From NCBI GenBank assembly GCA_053919585.1, contig JBSSHM010000097.1: a stretch of 64,000 bases of DNA. One strand, written 5' to 3'. The notes beneath the pieces are model-generated. The model saw only the letters and a list, made by a program, of their open reading frames with translations. It ran no database searches and had not been told where the DNA came from. Origin of the DNA: Euprymna scolopes (Eukaryota). Shown here in pieces: positions 61,436 through 64,000 of the stretch (position 1 is its first letter; each line of letters begins with the position of its first letter). Position numbers and translations under genes: made by a program.

Positions 61436-62976
61436 ATGTTGAATTTATTGGCGTTTTTAGATGAGTATGATTTTAATTATGAGGTGGTTTTCTTCGTGTG
61501 TAGATAAAGTTGAATCGCTGACTTTTGATTCGTTTTGTTTGGATGGTCGTTTAGTCAAGAAAGATGCCGTTTTTTTAGGTATAGAGAAGAATCTCCCTTT
61601 TATTAACCAAGCAGTGAGGAATGGTTGCGTTGCCGTAATCGTTGATAAAAAAGATAGGATATGTACAGGTGATTGTACGGTTTCTGTGTTGGCGATTGAA
61701 AATTTGCAAGAGAAGTGGGCACATTTACTAAAATGTTTTTTTCAATTGACTTCTTTTGCACCAAAGCTCATTGGCATTACGGGTACAAATGGAAAAACCT
61801 CAAGTGCACATTTTGTGGCTCAATTGTTAAGCCAAGCTAATTATCAGGTAGGGATTTTAGGAACATTAGGCAATGGGGTGTTTGATCCTAAAAATCCAGT
61901 GTTATCATCATCTTCTTTAACAACGCTTGATACAATCAGCCTTTATCAGCAGTTATCTCACTTCAAGCAAAGAAATATGGATTATGTTGTGATGGAGGTG
62001 TCTTCACATGGTATTGATCAAAATCGTATTATGGGTTTGGTATTTGATGTGGTATGCTTTACAAACTTGAGTCGGGAACATTTGGATTATCACAATAATA
62101 TGGAGGAGTATTTTTTGTGTAAAGCACGTTTATTTAAAGATTATGTAGATAAGAATACTCATCATGTCATTAATGTGGGCAGATGGGTATGGTAGACGAT
62201 TGTATGATGAGATAAAGAAAGATATCCACGTACATGGAGAAAATCTGCTATCCTATTACTATTGTTATGAAGGATACTCGCCATCAATGTACGCCGATTT
62301 AACTTTATTAAGAGAGGGCGATCAACCATTAATGCTACAGTATCAGGGAAATTCATATCCCATTGCACCATCTTTGCTTGTTAATGATATTGAGTATCAA
62401 AATATGCTTTGTGGATTGGCAATTTTATTAGCTCTAGGTCAGCCAGTTAGAAAAATTGTTGAGTATGGTAGTAATTTGCACTCTGTGATTGGTAGGATGC
62501 AATATGTATCTTCCCTAGAGGATGATATTACGGTTATTGTTGATTATGCTCATACAGCTGATGCATTGAGTCATGTCTTGAATGCAATTTATAGGAGCAA
62601 GAAAGCTAATGAAAATTTGATTTGTGTGTTTGGTTGTGGTGGTAATCGTGATCAAGGTAAGAGAAGAGAAATGGCAGAAGTTGCGTCAAATTTGTGTAAT
62701 TATCTTTATATCACAGATGATAATCCAAGAAATGAAAATCCTGAGTGTATTCGTCAACAGATTATTGCAGGAATTAGTACACATAAAACTACCTATAAAG
62801 AAATTGCTGATAGAGGGATGGCAATTGAACAAGCGGTTATCAATGCTAAGTCAGGAGATGTTGTACTGATCGCAGGTAAAGGGCATGAAAAATATCAACT
62901 TGTGCAAGGTAATAAACTCCCTTTTGATGATGTTGAGCAAGTAAAAAATGCTTTGAAAAAAAGGCTATTAAGGTGA
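61436..62976 (+). CDS. murE: UDP-MurNAc-tripeptide ligase, frameshift ~62177 (possibly also ~61490)
   Basis: GITGTNGKTS, MEVSSHG, EHLDYH, DYAHT, DNPR, AGKGHE. Confidence 0.93.
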
Positions 62977-62982
62977 TTGAAA

Positions 62983-64000
62983 ATGGGAGATAAGTCTATT
63001 TTTTCTTTGCCTTTGCAACGTGCAGTTGGAATTTTATTGAGTGATTCTCATCAATTGACTCATCATGTTAGTGGGGATTTTATTGGCGTAAAAATAGATA
63101 GTCGCTTGATTCAAGCAGGTGATGTTTTTATTGCGATAAAAGGTAAGCAGGTTGATGGACATGATTTTATTAATGAGGCAATTAGTCAAGGTGCAGTAGC
63201 AATCGTTGTGAGTGAGGATTTTGATGGGTGCAAAGGAGAGCATAAAGTACCATTGATTAACGTACCTTGCCCGCAACATGCTTTTGGGAAATTAGCCAAT
63301 TTATGGCGAACGGAACTTTTTAAAGGTAAGGTAATCGCTTTAACAGGAAGTAATGGTAAGACCACAATTAAAAATATGTTAAAAAGTGTGTTGCAAATCC
63401 GTTACAAAACTGGCTCAACAGAGGGAAATTACAACAATGAATTAGGCTTACCAATCACTATTTTTGATTTGCCTTTGAATTGTGATTATTGGATATTGGA
63501 AATGGGAGCAAGGCATATTGGAGATATTGATTACCTTTGTCGCATTGCTTTGCCCGATATTACTTTTGTTAGCAATATCGGTCATGCACACATCGGTGAG
63601 TTTGGTGGTCGTAAAAAGCAATTGCAGGCTAAGTCAGAAATTTTTTCATACGGTGAGGTTTCATTACTGGATAGAGACTCACCGCATGATGAACTATTTT
63701 CTTTAGGTTGTCAGCATAAAAAATTAGACAATATTATAACCATAGCAAGAAAAGGTATCCGTAATAATGAAGAAGATATAAATGTTAAGTGGGATTTTGT
63801 AGAAGGAGAGAGTATCTTTTACACCGCTTATGGACACTTCAGATTACAATTAAATTGTTTAGGTGAGCATAATACACATAATGCTGCTTGGGTGGTGGCA
63901 TTAGCTGATTATTGTGGGCTTAATAAGGAAGAAATTATTGCAGGATTAAGCCGTGTTCAGCCTCAGGATGGTCGCTTGCAGATGATTCCATGCAAAGATT
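62983..64000 (+). CDS. murF: UDP-MurNAc-pentapeptide ligase, 5' part (runs off the window end)
   Basis: Manual translation: IDSR, DGHDF, LTGSNGKTT, NYNNELGLP, EMG, AHIGEFG; frame open to the end. Confidence 0.95.
   Translation, partial: MGDKSIFSLPLQRAVGILLSDSHQLTHHVSGDFIGVKIDSRLIQAGDVFIAIKGKQVDGHDFINEAISQGAVAIVVSEDFDGCKGEHKVPLINVPCPQHAFGKLANLWRTELFKGKVIALTGSNGKTTIKNMLKSVLQIRYKTGSTEGNYNNELGLPITIFDLPLNCDYWILEMGARHIGDIDYLCRIALPDITFVSNIGHAHIGEFGGRKKQLQAKSEIFSYGEVSLLDRDSPHDELFSLGCQHKKLDNIITIARKGIRNNEEDINVKWDFVEGESIFYTAYGHFRLQLNCLGEHNTHNAAWVVALADYCGLNKEEIIAGLSRVQPQDGRLQMIPCKD

Noticed and set aside
59485-62976. True pseudogenisation of ftsI and murE
   Set aside because: Catalytic motifs are intact, there are no nonsense substitutions, and all breaks are 1-bp homopolymer indels like those elsewhere in the window.
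1452-63706. Numerous 60-130 aa ORFs antisense to or nested in assigned genes
   Set aside because: Shadow ORFs overlapping well-supported genes, with no motifs of their own.

Overview
An AT-rich gammaproteobacterial-type chromosome segment (gene orders petABC-sspAB, tRNA-Gln-prs and rsmH-ftsL-ftsI-murE-murF) with many divergent proteins. It mixes housekeeping genes (lipA, ppa, lpxL, fhs, msbA, glnA, prs, argS, dnaQ, queF, start of the dcw cluster), a HexR-controlled sugar ABC/Entner-Doudoroff block and an accessory zone at about 19.7-34 kb. About a dozen single-base frameshifts in short homopolymers, including in ftsI and murE, most likely reflect long-read consensus errors. Best leads: (1) a full-fold FtsZ homologue lacking the GGGTGTG motif and T7 catalytic loop but keeping the C-terminal interaction peptide, inserted between rsmH and ftsL in a dcw cluster headed by a small ribbon-helix-helix-like gene instead of mraZ; (2) an NYN RNase gene with its own promoter and a ~70-nt structured, U-tailed leader RNA, a candidate RNA-antitoxin module; (3) the operon that cassette sits in, encoding a MotA/TolQ-type subunit, two different acidic-TM partners and a tandem FGE/SUMF1-domain protein, a candidate uncharacterised ion-driven envelope motor; (4) an ASP-like kexin protease with a probable downstream external chaperone; (5) HMG-CoA synthase present while ispE is missing from its usual site. 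All family assignments come from motif recognition by eye; no database searches were run.
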